Part shown: positions 37,905 to 50,760 of the stretch, piece after piece
Layout: each line of letters begins with the position of its first letter
How positions within the stretch are numbered: the first letter of the stretch is position 1
Notes under the pieces: generated by a model
What the model saw: the letters and a program-made list of their open reading frames with translations, nothing else
Database searches by the model: none
Told to the model about the DNA's origin: nothing
Made by a program: the position numbers and the translations under genes
Assembly: GCA_029953675.1 (NCBI GenBank)
Contig: JAMWBK010000003.1
Span: forward strand, 1,860,001 to 1,924,000
Length of the DNA: 64,000 bases
Origin: Rhodosorus marinus CCMP1338
Lineage: Eukaryota > Plantae > Rhodophyta
Reading direction: 5' to 3'

Positions 37905-38075
37905 AATAGGGGACACCACTCTATCACCCCTCGACACTATGCTGCATACCACCGGCCTCGAGGAAATTGCTATCCTCCAATTAGCCCTTCAGCCAGCTCC
38001 ACTCCTCCAACAACAAACACCGACGTATCCCTCAGGGACACGTCCTTCACGCAGAAGCCGCCAACGGCACTATGG
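37905..38075. repeat. Dispersed repeat, second copy at ~41225-41385
   Basis: ga.accactctatca...tatgctg.ataccacc...ccaattag.ccttcagcca...caaacacc...acac.tccttcac.cagaag.cg.caacggc.ctatg is shared by both. Confidence 0.85.
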
Positions 38076-38659
38076 TTAGTATCCTGTGACCCAAAGAAGT
38101 GAGTGACTAGGCGGTATGCTCATTGACCTTCGTGCGAGAGGGTGAATGAGCAGTGGAGATCTCAAAACCGACATACTCCGAAGATCTTGTTCTTTCAACT
38201 GACCTCTGGACTTTCACCGAAAGAAAGACTTCGTGTGGGATCTTTTGCGTGAGGAGCATCACCCCGGACACAGCGGCAGCTCGGACCCTCATTCTTTTTG
38301 AGTGTTTTGACGATCATGAGAGCAGTCTTTCCTCTGCAGGATTGTCGGACACGATGGTTAGAGATGATTCCGATCTCCCTGTCAATTGAGCATCGATAGC
38401 TGCTTCATAGTTGCATCGACTGCTCCCATCCGCGAGCCCATCCTCTTTTAAGAATCATATCCTCATCTTCGTGAAAGCAACGTTGCTTCATCTCCATGGA
38501 GAAATCTCATGTTCTCGTCTTCGTTCTTAGGGGCTTGATGCTGATGATGAAACATCTGTTGTCCCGCAAGTGGCGGATTTGGTGATCACTGACCTGGCTC
38601 CTCGCAGGAGTGAGTATCTGGACTTGTGTATTCATGTCCTCGGGCTGCGCGATATCTTC

Positions 38660-39170
38660 CCACGTCTGCCAACGTCGCAGTATTGCCGCCGGTTCAAACG
38701 ACAACTGAACGAAGTGCAGTAAGCTGAGGGAATGACTCATCCAACCATCCGGACTCGGCGCTGTCCCATCCGTTTGTACTGCTGATCATCGAGGGCTTAA
38801 ATGTTTTTAGACAGTGTCGCTTCTCGCTGGCTTCGTCGTGTTTTCCGCAATACCCCCGTCGTCTTGACCTCACGGAGTTGTCTCTGACTCTCTGGCGTTC
38901 GAACGCTGCTTTATTGTTGGACGTGCGTCATCAGCGTCTTCCTTTCCACGCTCCTCAGGGTAGATAGGCTCCGGATCAACTGATTGACGTAGAGAGGAAA
39001 ACCTCGATTCATTTAATTCATTCAAGGTCGGGAATAGCAGGGTTTCTAAAACAGAGATTCCATGACACCTGTCCATTGGATATCCGGACAGATAATGTCC
39101 ACTCTTGTTCAAAAGTAAGAAACATTCTAGAATATCTAATTCAACATTAAGAAACAAATACAGCTAAATA
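38660..39170 (-). repeat. Degenerate copy related to 34640-34930 (same family)
   Basis: Nucleotide similarity to 34680-34930 (gatgactcatccaac, ctcacggag.tgt.tctgactctctgg). Peptide LLLNKSG vs LLVDKSG. Confidence 0.6.
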
Positions 39171-40499
39171 TGTTCAAAGAAAACCTTTATTGGAGGTTTC
39201 GCCAATACCGAAAACCGGTACGAAGCACTGAATTTTAGTGGAAAACCCGAAAATCCCGCGGTTGGTAGAATGCATATGGGCCAGTACTTGGCGACTCTCA
39301 TCTGGTCCCATAAATCCCCATACTAGACTATCTTGACTGATGTATTCATAAAATATAGTACACTATCCCTAAATTTAATGTTTTACTCATATTCATCCTT
39401 CCTTTTTTAGCTCTAAGCCTAAAGTGCTTACCGGCAGCGTAATTCAAGGGAGCCATTAGCTTCCGGATTCTAATTGTTGTCTAGGACTAACAGTTCCGTG
39501 GTTTCTCTCCGCAACCCCCGCCGTTTTGCTGATGAAGCACCACATGTATGGTATATCAGATATATAATATACGATATTCACAATTTCATTAAATTTATCA
39601 ACGATTTTTATGTTCAAATCTAGTTTCTAATTGGTGGAATGAATTTGCCACCAAACGTTTAGCATTTTTCTTCTCATTTGAATGTAGAAGTAGATAAGTT
39701 TTACAAATATACGATAGTTTTGAATCACGAGGTCGATAGGTTGACTCTAGTAGCTGAGTGAGGCAGCCTTGATCGCATCCAACAGAGTTCTCGTCGGTGG
39801 TAGAAGTTTCGTTCTCGTTGTCAGTGAAGAATTTAATGTTCTCCTACATTCTCAATCGCAGCACCGTCGAAAGACTTTGAAAACTGGGCCCATAGCCTGG
39901 CTTGAATTCTTGAGTTTCGCTGGGACTCCCCACCTTGTCGAAATCCGATCGACGCTGGATTGTTGCTCGGTTATGGTGAGTTGGTTGAGAACAGCTTCAG
40001 ATAACCATCTTGAGCCTCTCCCTCTGGTAGGTATAATCTTCAGTACAATATAGAACTGGAAAGACATCGCCTTTCCAAAAGCCCGTTGACTGTTATACAA
40101 ACAAGCTTCTTGTGGGTGACCATAGTAACAACGTATTGTTATGGGTAGGTCCTCGAGGAAGAGCTCCAGCAGCGAGCTGCCGTCGCATGGCGTTGGTATT
40201 TATTGGACTACATGGAGGTAAATAAAAAAAAATAAATAAAAACTCTATGCACTTGTAGTCAATCAAAACTTTATGCGGCACTTTCCGCAGGACTGGTTAA
40301 GCGCGGTCATGCGCCGGAGTCGTCTTCCTGAAAATCGGAGCCAGTTCGATCTAACCCGATGCGTTCAACGCTATCAAGTCCTTCTAATTCTACGGCCGCT
40401 CGTACACGCAGCTGCGCGAACGTACAGAATGTCGACCCCCCAAAGTTCCGAGGTTGATGCAACTCGGCAGAAGGACCGGGATCTCGGACAAGCAGATTC

Positions 40500-41200
40500 G
40501 TTGTTACCAGCTTCCAGGCTTAAGTCAATGCTTTGAAAACTATGCTAGGCAGCAGCCGTGAACGTGTTCTTACAAAGTTCTCTATTGGAGCCATAAAGAG
40601 TGCAGAGGGGATCTATCGTTGCATTACGAAACCCCTAATGGGTTCTGTGAAACCCCGTAGCCTTCATTCCGCAGCTACCTACCGCACTGCAATGCAAACA
40701 ATATCGATGCGCTCTAGACAAACCCGGTGGCAAAGGTCACCAACAACACTCTTGGTGCGCTCGAAACAAACCCAAACCGAAAATGTTGGGGGATCGGCTC
40801 GATCATTCTGGATCGCGGTTGAACCGGCGGTGCGTTGCGCTGCGTTGCGTGCCATTGGACCCGGTTGAACCCTGATTAAGAAGCCGAAGGCTTGGCAAGC
40901 CCTTCCCATCAAAAACATATGCATCCGCCATCTGTTATTAATTTGTCGCTCTTCAGAATCTCCATGTCTGCAGTTGTAGCATGAGCCTCGAACTTAACCA
41001 AGTCACATAGCTCCAGCAGTTTCCCAAAGGTATCCCCGACATTTTCCAACAGTCCAACACAACTTGGCTGTTTGCATGCGATTCAATACAACCGAAGTTT
41101 CTCCTGTCGTCAGCAAATTAAACGCGGAGTGGACGCTCCCTGGCTCGTGCTTGGAATCCTAGTAAAGCTGGGGCAAAACCCCCTCTTCCTTCTTCCAGCC
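40500..41200 (-). mobile_element. Possible hAT-type transposase remnant (stops and frameshifts)
   Basis: IPSALFMAPIENFVRTRSRLLPSIVFKAL resembles the hAT C-terminal dimerisation motif (IP.SS..ER.FS...RSRL.P..V.AL). Weak, by eye. Confidence 0.3.
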
Positions 41201-41479
41201 GTGGATTCTGAAACAGGGGCGCAAGGATACCACTCTATCATCGTTCGATATTATGCTGAATACCACCGTCCTAGAAGAAAATTCTGTCTTCCAATTAGTC
41301 CTTCAGCCAACTACACCCCTCCAAAAACAAACACCAATGAATCCGGACACATCCTTCACACAGAAGTCGGCAACGGCGCTATGAAAACCTGGTGACGACC
41401 TTACCGCCCTTACAACTCAACAAGTTTTGACCTTTACAAGCTTGCGCTACCCACCACTGGCGAACCCACTGCAAAGATT

Positions 41480-41905
41480 GACTAGATCTTTTCGAAGCCA
41501 AGGGAACGACCTGCTCATGGATCTCACATCTCACAGATTTTTTCATCCCACCGATGGTCGATGCACATCGTTTTGTGTGTACATTCCTTTCCAAGGCAAA
41601 AGGAGGGTATGGCGACATATAGTACTTGTTGTTCTTCAGATCAACCCAAATGGATGCTGATGCTCTCCAACATAGGGAATGCTACTGATCGCCAATAATT
41701 CTATCGGTTTCAAAGCCAGGGAACGAACTGCTCACGGATCTCACACCTCACAGATTTTTTCATCACACCGATGGTCGAGCATATCGGGTTGTGTGTACAT
41801 TCCTTTTCCAGGCAGAGGCGGATAGGGCGACCAGCTAGTACTTGTTGTTGTTCAGATCAACTCGAATGGATGCTCTGTAACATAGGGAAGGCTACGGATC
41901 GCCAA
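41480..41905. repeat. Diverged tandem duplication, ~225-bp unit x2
   Basis: aagcc..gggaacga.ctgctca.ggatctcaca.ctcacagattttttcatc...acatagggaa.gctac at ~41485 and ~41712. Confidence 0.9.
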
Positions 41906-42396
41906 AAGCTCTACCCCCGCATCCCACCAAATGACCCCTTCAAAATAACTCAAAAATCAATGCCAGTTCTAGAGAGCAGATATTTCACCGGATGAGATGC
42001 GGAACTTGGTTTCTTAGGACAGGTCAGAACCCTCTTTACGATTGGGATGGTTAGTCATGATAGATTCTATCTACTTCAGTCCTACGGGGATGTATTAACT
42101 ATGAACCTTGCCCATAACCCAAAGAGCTACTAGCAATGAAGGAACATCAACCAAAGACTGTTTTTCCCAACCCGCCTGATCCAAAAAGTTTGATTTTATT
42201 TTTGTTATATTAGAACTCATGCGGATATTTTTCGTATCGATAAGGAATCAGTGGGTGAGAGTGGAATTCGTTTGGTAGGGTTGTTGAGGAAAGGGCTGGT
42301 TAGGGGTGGGAGGGGGGCGGGGAATGTTGAAGGAAGGTGGATAGGGTTTTTGGAGAAGGACAGACATTTAAACTGGTACTTAAAATCAAGGAAAGC

Positions 42397-43914
42397 ATGG
42401 CGACTACTAACCCCGTCTGCTTTGTGAGTGGTGGATTCGGATTGAGTGGTGGGCTTGGGACGGGTTCGAGCTCGCGAGTTTGCAGGAGTCAGAGAGCGGG
42501 ATGGAGCCGATTCTGTTCTGTGAGGATGACTAACGAGCTAAACTCTGGTGAGGGATTTGATGGCGCTCTGGTGAAGTCGGCTAGGGACTCGAAGAGGAAC
42601 ATTTATGAGAGGAGAACAGGTCCCGAGGGAGTTCCCGCCAGTGGCGTTCTAGTAGTTCATGGACACTTAATGCACAGCGGTTGGTTTGGGCCGCTGGCTC
42701 GTGAGCTTTCTACGAGAGCCGAGGCGAAGGTACACGGGATCGACCTACCGTCACATGGAAAATCGGACAACATAGATGGGTGTCGTGGGTACGGGAAGAG
42801 CATGGACGACTTTGTTCTGGAAGTTAAGGCAGCCCTGTATCGTCTTCAAACAACACTTCCAGAGGGCGCTCCGATTTTCGTGCTTGGTGAGTCCTTCGGC
42901 GGATCGCTTGTTCTCATGCTGAACCGGGATCCTGAAGTCGCCAAGCTCCTTAAGGGTGTTATCCTGTGCAGCCCTGTCGTGCGCCTCCCTCCGGTCATGT
43001 CGCCACCTAAGATCCTGCTATTGATCCTCAAGCTGTTGAGCATGCTGCTCCCAACGTTCAAGGTTCCTGGATCATTTCCTGAAGAGACGTGGAAGAAGGG
43101 ATTCCCGGACCCAACTGCTGCAGAGCTGTCCAAAAACGATCCAAATACCGGTTATGGAGAACCCATTCGCATTGGCTTCGCGACAGCGCTTGTAAACGCC
43201 GTCGAGAAGCTTGAGGACGATTTTCCGGAGATGCAAATGAAGAATCTTTTGGTTTTCCACTACGAGGAGGATATGCGCTCGGATATCTCGAATTCGGAAC
43301 TGATCCTGGACAACGTCAAGGTTAAGGGTCGCAAGGAACTCGTCAGAATCCCTGCCGTTGGTCATCAGGTCTTTCAGGATAATCCTCAACGACGGGAAAA
43401 GAGCATAACCAAGGTCGTGAACTTTGTCAAGGCAAATTCGCGGGCAAGCAAACCGAATACCATCAGCATTCCGAAGACAACACCGAAGCTGCACGTCGCG
43501 AAAGTTGAAAACTCCGCAACGACGGACCAGGAAGAAGCTAAGAAGACTGAACCAGCGAAGAAGACTGAACCCTCGAAGAAGACTGAACCAGCTATGGAGG
43601 AACATGCTGCTACAAGCACAGGATCAGGAGGTTTCGACGAGAAGAAAGTGCAGCGCCTTAACTTTGTTTTGAAATCAGGAGATTCCAAGGTGTCGAACGG
43701 AAACAATTTCAAGACGGAGAAGAAGGCTGCTCCGGAGCTCTCCAGACCGAAATCCACTGAAAGAGTCGAAGTCTTCTGGAAGGATGCTTCTGAGAATGAT
43801 GAACAAATCCTAGTCCCATACCCGAGGACAGACCTTGCTCAAGACCTGAAGAAAGCCAAGCCCGTCGACGACAAGATGCTCAACCGCATGAAGTTTGTAC
43901 TGTTTCGTCAGTAA
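42397..43914 (+). CDS. Alpha/beta hydrolase (monoacylglycerol lipase / Hydrolase_4-like), probably plastid-targeted, with a low-complexity C-terminal extension; intronless
   Basis: Ser/Gly/Arg-rich N-terminus with CFVSGG. Motifs VVHG, DLPSHGKS, GESFGG nucleophile elbow, and a distal Asp and His (EEDMRSD, GHQVF). Confidence 0.88.
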   Translation: MATTNPVCFVSGGFGLSGGLGTGSSSRVCRSQRAGWSRFCSVRMTNELNSGEGFDGALVKSARDSKRNIYERRTGPEGVPASGVLVVHGHLMHSGWFGPLARELSTRAEAKVHGIDLPSHGKSDNIDGCRGYGKSMDDFVLEVKAALYRLQTTLPEGAPIFVLGESFGGSLVLMLNRDPEVAKLLKGVILCSPVVRLPPVMSPPKILLLILKLLSMLLPTFKVPGSFPEETWKKGFPDPTAAELSKNDPNTGYGEPIRIGFATALVNAVEKLEDDFPEMQMKNLLVFHYEEDMRSDISNSELILDNVKVKGRKELVRIPAVGHQVFQDNPQRREKSITKVVNFVKANSRASKPNTISIPKTTPKLHVAKVENSATTDQEEAKKTEPAKKTEPSKKTEPAMEEHAATSTGSGGFDEKKVQRLNFVLKSGDSKVSNGNNFKTEKKAAPELSRPKSTERVEVFWKDASENDEQILVPYPRTDLAQDLKKAKPVDDKMLNRMKFVLFRQ

Positions 43915-45615
43915 CCCCCTAAGAACAAAAACCAAGATCGTCGGAGATGATGCTCATCATCAACGACCCTGTACTTTGCAGAAAAAGCCGCTTAACCTCG
44001 GTTAACTACAAGGGTCTCCTAAAATAAGTCAACCGTGCTTGAGTGCAAACGGGGAAAGGCAGTAATCAAAATGCTATAACAGAAAACACATAAAATGGAG
44101 TAAAACTGGACTTCCAGATCCCCCGATCAACATCCTCGACAGTTACTCGGCCTTCTCGGCCAGTTCGAGCGCCAGGGGACAGGTTGTCTCTAGATAGCCA
44201 GACGTTTTTATTGCGATAAGACCGGAAACGGTCATGTGTTGATTCAAGAAAGTTGAACCTAAAAACCATCTTGAACAAGACAAGCAGTCCGCGGATTGAC
44301 AACTGCCGAGGTGGGCTAGGTGGTGCCACATACCTCAGGGCAAGCACAACAAACACGTCTCAATGTCATCGATCTGAGGAGTGCGGCTGTTGGCAACTAC
44401 GGTTTGGGCAAGGCGACATACATAAGACGACATTCAGGAAACCCTTCTGATTGTTTTGAATGGCTCATCATGTGGTTCAGCAATTTGCACTAAGACAGCC
44501 GTCGCATTTGTAAGGCCAAAAAGGAGGCTGGTACTACCAACAAGAAAGATCCAGCGAATATCTATGCGATGACCAATCCCACTTCGCAAACAAAGCCCTT
44601 TGACCAAGTTCGGTCTACACCCTCGACTACGTTTGCGCTAGAACGGGGCGTGCCTCTCGCACTGATGGCGTTCAAGCTCAAAACGTGAAAACCCCTCCAA
44701 ACGTACTCTCACAGGTCAAATATCCACTCTCCCCCCTCAAGTACCCAAGAATCCTTTTGTGTTTACTTCTTGTAATCCAACGTTTTTCAAACAGAAACCC
44801 ACTTTTTGCCTGGGACCGCAGAATACCGCACGATCTTGGTCTATAAATGACTGAATAGAATCCTTATTTTGATTGATAGGTTCAATTTAATACGAATTAA
44901 TATATATGTGGACAGGCTGTGTTGGAGTAATTTTTATTTATTTTTTAGTTAATGTTCTTTGAAGAGGATATTTTATTGTTTTTTCAATTGACTTTTATTT
45001 TGGGTCTGATTTGCGATGGATCTTGTTGGAAGGTTCGGCGGAAGTGGCGTTGGCTCGGTGAGACGTTCACAGGTATTGGATTGCTTATGGCGCGCTGTTT
45101 TCGAAATGTGATCGGCATCGAGCGTAAGGATGATAGAGCCGAAGATTTTTCCGGGAATCTTCTTTTGGTTTGTGGAGGGATATTTTTGGCTGCAGTGCTG
45201 GGTGGTCCCCCCTCCGCGTCTCTAGAAGTCCTAAATTGGCCGGGCATTATTCCTCTGTTTTTGCTGTTGCTGAGCGTTTTGGATGTTTTCTGTAGAGGAC
45301 CCCTGTTGCCTTGGTGAATGTTATCAATAACTACCCCCGCGGTCCTCTCATTTACTATCTATGATACTAACCAAAATATGCTGCTTTGACTATTTCATAC
45401 TACACCTTGCATGAGTGAATACATTTTTGATTGACCCATCACCGTCACATAATGAAAACCTAAGTCATCACGTAGCCGTGGAGGAACGAACTTCGTTGCT
45501 TGTTGAGTATATTGTTTTCCCCGGCTGGCTGGCTGGCTGGCTGGCTCCGCTCTTCGAGCACGTGGGTGAATTGCTCGACACAGGGCCCTGAATCGAAATT
45601 TATGGAGAAACTCCT

Positions 45616-46612
45616 TCATGCGGCTTGCCTCGTCAAACGACTGGCATCAATTTCGATCTTCCTGGTTGATTCGCGGAACGTAAGAGGCGCTCTGCAGTGC
45701 TCGCACTTCACATCTGAAAAGTCCTTAGGGCTATCCCCAACATTGAGAATGGATCCGAAGTACGCACGCACGTCCTCGCCACAGTTGGGACAAGCGCCAA
45801 CAAGAATCAGAGACGGCGAGCTTAGCACCGCATTAGTGAGCACCTGGAAGCAGAAGAATTCGCTTTGCTGAGTAACCCATAAAAGAAGAAAATCGTCACA
45901 AGCCCCAGACGTTGATACGCGACGTGGTACTCACCTTTGAAAACAGCGCGATGAAGGGAAACCCAATAGCAAGGGAGTAGAGATCACTCACACTCTTCAG
46001 ATACGGGATTTCGAAGGACACAGCCGCCCACAATATTGCACCGATTCCCGCAGCGGGAAGGTACGTAACGAACATTCGGGTTGAGTCCGGTGTGGTATCC
46101 GTAGTGCAGATCTTTGTCTCCAAGCTGCACTTTGGCCCACGGGAAACGGCCACCTTGGATCCCTCAAGAACCAACTCCTCTCGAAGCGCGTCAAACTCTT
46201 CATCACCCATAACCGGCTCCTTGCGGTAGTAAGCCCTTGCGGCCTCCAAGAACTTCTTCTCCTTCTCATTGAGCAACAGAATCTGAGATCCTTCCCACAT
46301 CAAGTCGTCCTTCAGCAAATCAAACTGCTCATCAGAAATCACCGGAGAGGAATCAGCTGCCCCGTACGCATACAACGCATCCAAGAACAGATATTCCTTC
46401 TCCTTCAAGTTCAGCTCCCTCCTCCCATGTTCACCATCATCCATATAGAACTTGTTCACCGTCTCATCCTGAACAATCTTCAACGTCTCAGTCTCCTTGC
46501 TCATAGAAACACGCGCACTTCTCCTTCTCTCAACCCTCTCACAAACTCCCCTCCTTCCAGACCCAAAAGACCCACCGGCCTTCACCCCACCTACAACAAA
46601 TCCAAGAGCCAT
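45616..46612 (-). CDS. PGRL1: PGR5-like protein 1 (thylakoid ferredoxin-plastoquinone reductase); one intron at 45844-45934
   Basis: EKEYLFLDAL..Y, SDEQFDLLKDDLMWEGS, GPKCSL, two TM helices, GACPNCGE and KCEHC. MALGFV transit peptide. Confidence 0.93.
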
Positions 46613-47686
46613 CACGTTCAACAACAACAACCAGAAACAATCTTAAAAGCAACCCAAGCTCTCCTAAAGATACACACCTCTCTACACTCCCTCAGACCCT
46701 CTTCCTTCCCTCCCTTCTCATGCCTTCCCTTCCCTTCTCTTCTCTTCTCTTCTCCACCCACCTCCAAACACCAAACGCATCTCCGAGCTTTATCACTAAT
46801 TTTACAAGCATTCTCTTAAAAAAATGAAAAACCCAAATTAAAAACGGTTCCGGCTTCACCACCTGCGTACGGAGAAGGCCAAATAAAAATATCAACACTT
46901 CACACTTCCGTACGGTAACATTAGCCAAAAACCACTCGATCCCGGCCGAGCATAAAAAATCTATAATAAAACACAATCCGCTTCGTAGTCAGTCCTAGAA
47001 TAGAACAGAATATCCCAAAAATTTGCTATTATTGGCAGAATTGCATGTTATTTAGTAAATATCATTTCATAAAATATGAACATGTACCAAAATAAATCGT
47101 TCTCTAAAATAAGAAAAGATACTATCTTAATATAGACCAAATATCTGACAAATATTTTGAATTATCAAAATAGATGTCTTAATTAAGATGATATTTTCTT
47201 GTTTATGAATTCTTCTGGTTTTGGTCATATTTTTGGGCTTTCGCTGTTCAAGGGGAAAAAACCAGGTTGTATATTGAAGAAGATGGCGGCTTGGAGAGCG
47301 GGAAGCGGAAAGCTGTGCGTATGAAGGAAGGAACTTGGTTTGGACTTCTGCTTGGGAGGATTTAAGTGAATGTTTCCGAAGGAGAGAGAGAGAGATAGAC
47401 TTTCTCAAGAGTCAAGTAGGCTAAGGGTTTTTGTGTTGTTTAAGTTTTTGGGAAGGAAGCGTGTTCCTTGACTGTTCTACATTGTAGGAAGTTGACCCGG
47501 TTGTTGGGAGGTTTGTATCTGGATGGGGGTTGTCATCGGATTGGTATGCAGGACGTGACTGAGCGTGGGGATTTCAGATTTTTTTGAATGAGGAACTGAG
47601 GTCTGCTGTGGATGTTAAAGGTTTGGTGGTACATGGCTGGTTGACGGGGACGGTGTTGGGGTGATTTGCTGGAGTTGTCTTGCAAA

Positions 47687-50600
47687 ATGGCGGGGTCTGC
47701 TGTCGATGTCCGACCTGTTTCGGATGGAGTAGGTTCAAAGAGGGGTCGGGAGTCTTCTCCTGGGCTTCGTGAGGAGGATGGGACTTCCGCAAAGGTGTCT
47801 AAGCCGGTGTCGAATATGTGGGCGGAAGGGAGGACTGGTGGAATATATATCCCTCCGCATCGCTTGAGGAAGATGCAGGAGTCGATCGCCGAGGATAAAA
47901 CCAGTAGAGAGTACCAGCGAATGCAGTGGGAGTTGTTGAAAAAGCGTATCAACGGTGTTGTGAACAAGGTCAACGTGAGCAACTTGGCGGAGATCGCTGT
48001 AGCCATGTTTCGGGAGAACCTCATTCGCGGGAAGGGTCTATTTTGTCGAGCAGTTCTGAAGGCTCAGCTCTCCAGTCCAGAGTTTACGAACGTCTACACG
48101 GCGCTCGTTGCGGTTGTGAATAGCAAAATGCCGGAAGTCGGGGAGCTCTTGTTGTCCCGAGTGATAATGCAGTTTCGACGATCATACCGCCGAAACGATA
48201 AGATCACATGCATGAGCGCTACGAAATTCGTCGCTCAGCTTGTCAATCAGCAGGTACGAATATGAGCATCATACTCCCACACAACAGATTCTCTCGATTG
48301 GCCAGATTCGAAAAACTCAGCTTTCTGCTCTAAACGTATCTTCACAGGTTGCACACGAGATTCTAGCCCTGCAACTGGTTACTCTCTTGCTGGAGAAACC
48401 CACGAGCGATTCCGTGGAAGTATCGATAAGTTTTGTCAAAGAGTGCGGTGCCCTCCTTACGGAAGTTTCTCCACAAGGAATCCACGCCGTGTTCGAACGA
48501 CTACGTAGCATTCTCCACGAGGGGGAAATTGATAAGCGAGTGCAGTACATGATAGAGGCGCTTTTTAGTGTCCGCCGGAGCGTAAGCCGTCTCCCTTAAC
48601 CACCGAACCCCAATTTTGCATGTTAAATATTTGGAAAGCATTCCCCAGTGCCAAGCGCTCAGCGCGATGTCGTACTTTAGCAACCGGCTGTCTGCCAAAG
48701 CCGCACTTTTGCATGGAATTGTTTATCGTTAGAGGAGCTTTCCAGAAACTCTATTAACAGCTAGCTCAGACGATCCTTGTTGAATGCAGCTGAATCCTTT
48801 GAGTACGCAACTGACCACCAGCGTTGTTCTTCTTTGTTCGAATTTGTCTGGTCTTAGGGGTTTTCTGAGTATCCAATAGTTTTGGAGGATCTGGACGTGG
48901 TTGAGGACGAAGACAAAATCACCCACGAGCTGTCCCTCGACGATGAGCTCGATCTTGCTACTGGTTTCGACGTGTTCCAATATGATGCGGACTACGAAGA
49001 GAACGAGAAAAAGTACGCGGAGATCCGCAAAGAGATTCTCGGTGATGACGAGAATGCGAGTGGTGATGAGGACGAGGATTCTGAAGAAAGTGGGGACGAT
49101 GCTCGGGAGGGGGGTGACCAAGCCCGAGTTGAAGTGGATGATCAAACCGGAAGAGAGGATGTCGAGTTTCGGCGCAGAATTTACCTGACGATAATGTCAG
49201 CGCTGTCCTATGAGGAATGCGCGCACAAGCTGATGAAGCTGATGAGCGGGAAGGATGGCAAGGAGCCTTCACTGTGTCAGATGCTGCTCGAATGCTGCGG
49301 GCAGGAAAGGAGCTACTTGAGTTTCTACGGACTCCTGGGATGCCGGTTCTGCGCCCTGAACAGACTGTACGTTGCAGCATTTGAAAGCCTCTTCGCGGAA
49401 TACTACGGCGAAGTTCACCGTTTCGAAACAAGTCGAATTCGAAACGTCGCGAAGTTCTTTGCCGCGCTTCTCGCTTCCGGGTCAATGCCCTGGAGCATCT
49501 TCGAGCTGATCTCTATCAACGAGGATGAGACCACCAGTTCCAGCCGTATTTTCCTCAAGGTCATGTTTCAGGAGGTTGTTGCTGAGATGGGGCTTGAATC
49601 TTTCCACAAGCAGTTAGTCGTTGAGGAGATTCAGCCCTACCTTCGCGGGATTTTGCCAAAGGATAGCCCTCAGAACGCCAGATTTGCAATCAATTTCTTC
49701 ACGAGCATTGGACTGGGTGCTATCACTGAGGAATTGCGCGAGCATCTCAAAACGATGCCGAAGATCGTGCCAACGGAACTTCCCAAAGATGAAAGTGACG
49801 ATACATCTTCTTCGTCGTCCTCATCCTCCGGGTCGTCCTCCTCTTCATCGTCTTCGTCTTCGTCGCCCTCTTCTGGTTCCTCTTCTAGTGACTCGTCCAA
49901 GGCCCCGCCCACTCCAATTGAGCCCAAGGCCAATGGTCGGGAGGAGAACAGTCGCGAACCAAGCAGTCGTGAGGCGAACGGCCGTGGTGGGCGTCGAGAT
50001 CGACCCACTGAGAGGTCTAGGTCGCGGTCGCCCCGGCCCGCTGGTGAAGAAAGGAATCAGCATGTGCGGCGCGGTGCTACTGGTCCAAGACGTGATTATC
50101 CACCTATAGAAGGCCGTGGGCGAGGGCGCGGTATGACCAAGCCCGCATGGATGGCTGAAAAGCGTGAGGGAAGGTAATATGGACTATGAAATTCTGTTTT
50201 GGTTCCGCTACGCGTAATCTGAGCACAAACGCCCTGGTTTTTGGTTCTTATCGCCATTTAGAGGACCTCATTCCCCCAGAAGGGACACTCGGCAAAGCCC
50301 GCGCAGACGAGAACCCCACGGCCGTGGACCCGGCAGAGGCCGCTACAACAGAAGGTTTGAGAACCGAAGCAGAAGCCCAGTGGGGAGACGGCGATCGAGG
50401 TCGAGGTCGTTGTCGAGGTCGTTGTCGAGGTCGCTGTCGAGGTCGCTGTCGAGGTCGAGGTCGAGGTCGCTGTCGAGGTCGAGGTCGAGGTCGAGGTCGA
50501 GGTCGAGGTCGAGGTCGAAATCTCCGATTGAGCTTCCTCTTAGAGCCTCGAGAAGGTCTGGCAGACGGGCGCGTCTTTCTCCAGATAGCAGAGACTCGCT

Positions 50601-50760
50601 ATCGCCAAGATCCAGATCAAGGTCAACTTCGAGATCAAGGAGCCCGATTAGGAGACGACCCGGAAGAAGTCCATCGGAGAGCAGATCTCCTAGCCGCTCC
50701 CCAGTACACCCAAGAAAGGCTAGAGAACGCGCGCGTTCTCGAAGCTCGAGCAGCGGCTAG
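47687..50760 (+). CDS. CWC22: Pre-mRNA splicing factor CWC22 (MIF4G + MA3 domains, C-terminal RS tail); introns ~48255-48346, 48582-48857, 50174-50261
   Basis: [72 protein letters not shown]. The last exon encodes RS repeats (frame of ORF 50380-50760). Confidence 0.96.
50398..50518 (+). repeat. (TCGAGG)n-type coding microsatellite encoding the RS dipeptide tract of CWC22
   Basis: Direct sequence; it is in frame with [10 protein letters not shown] in the spliced last exon. Confidence 0.9.

Noticed and set aside
40950-41500. Possible cytosine methyltransferase remnant (VNLCSGF, LIGG, LLENV on the minus strand)
   Set aside because: The catalytic PC motif is not in a proper GxPCQ context, the pieces are in different frames with stops, and there is no QxRxR motif. 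Chance resemblance is likely.
44066-44700. Possible small gene between the hydrolase and PGRL1
   Set aside because: Only short frames, with no consistent exon chain or homology.
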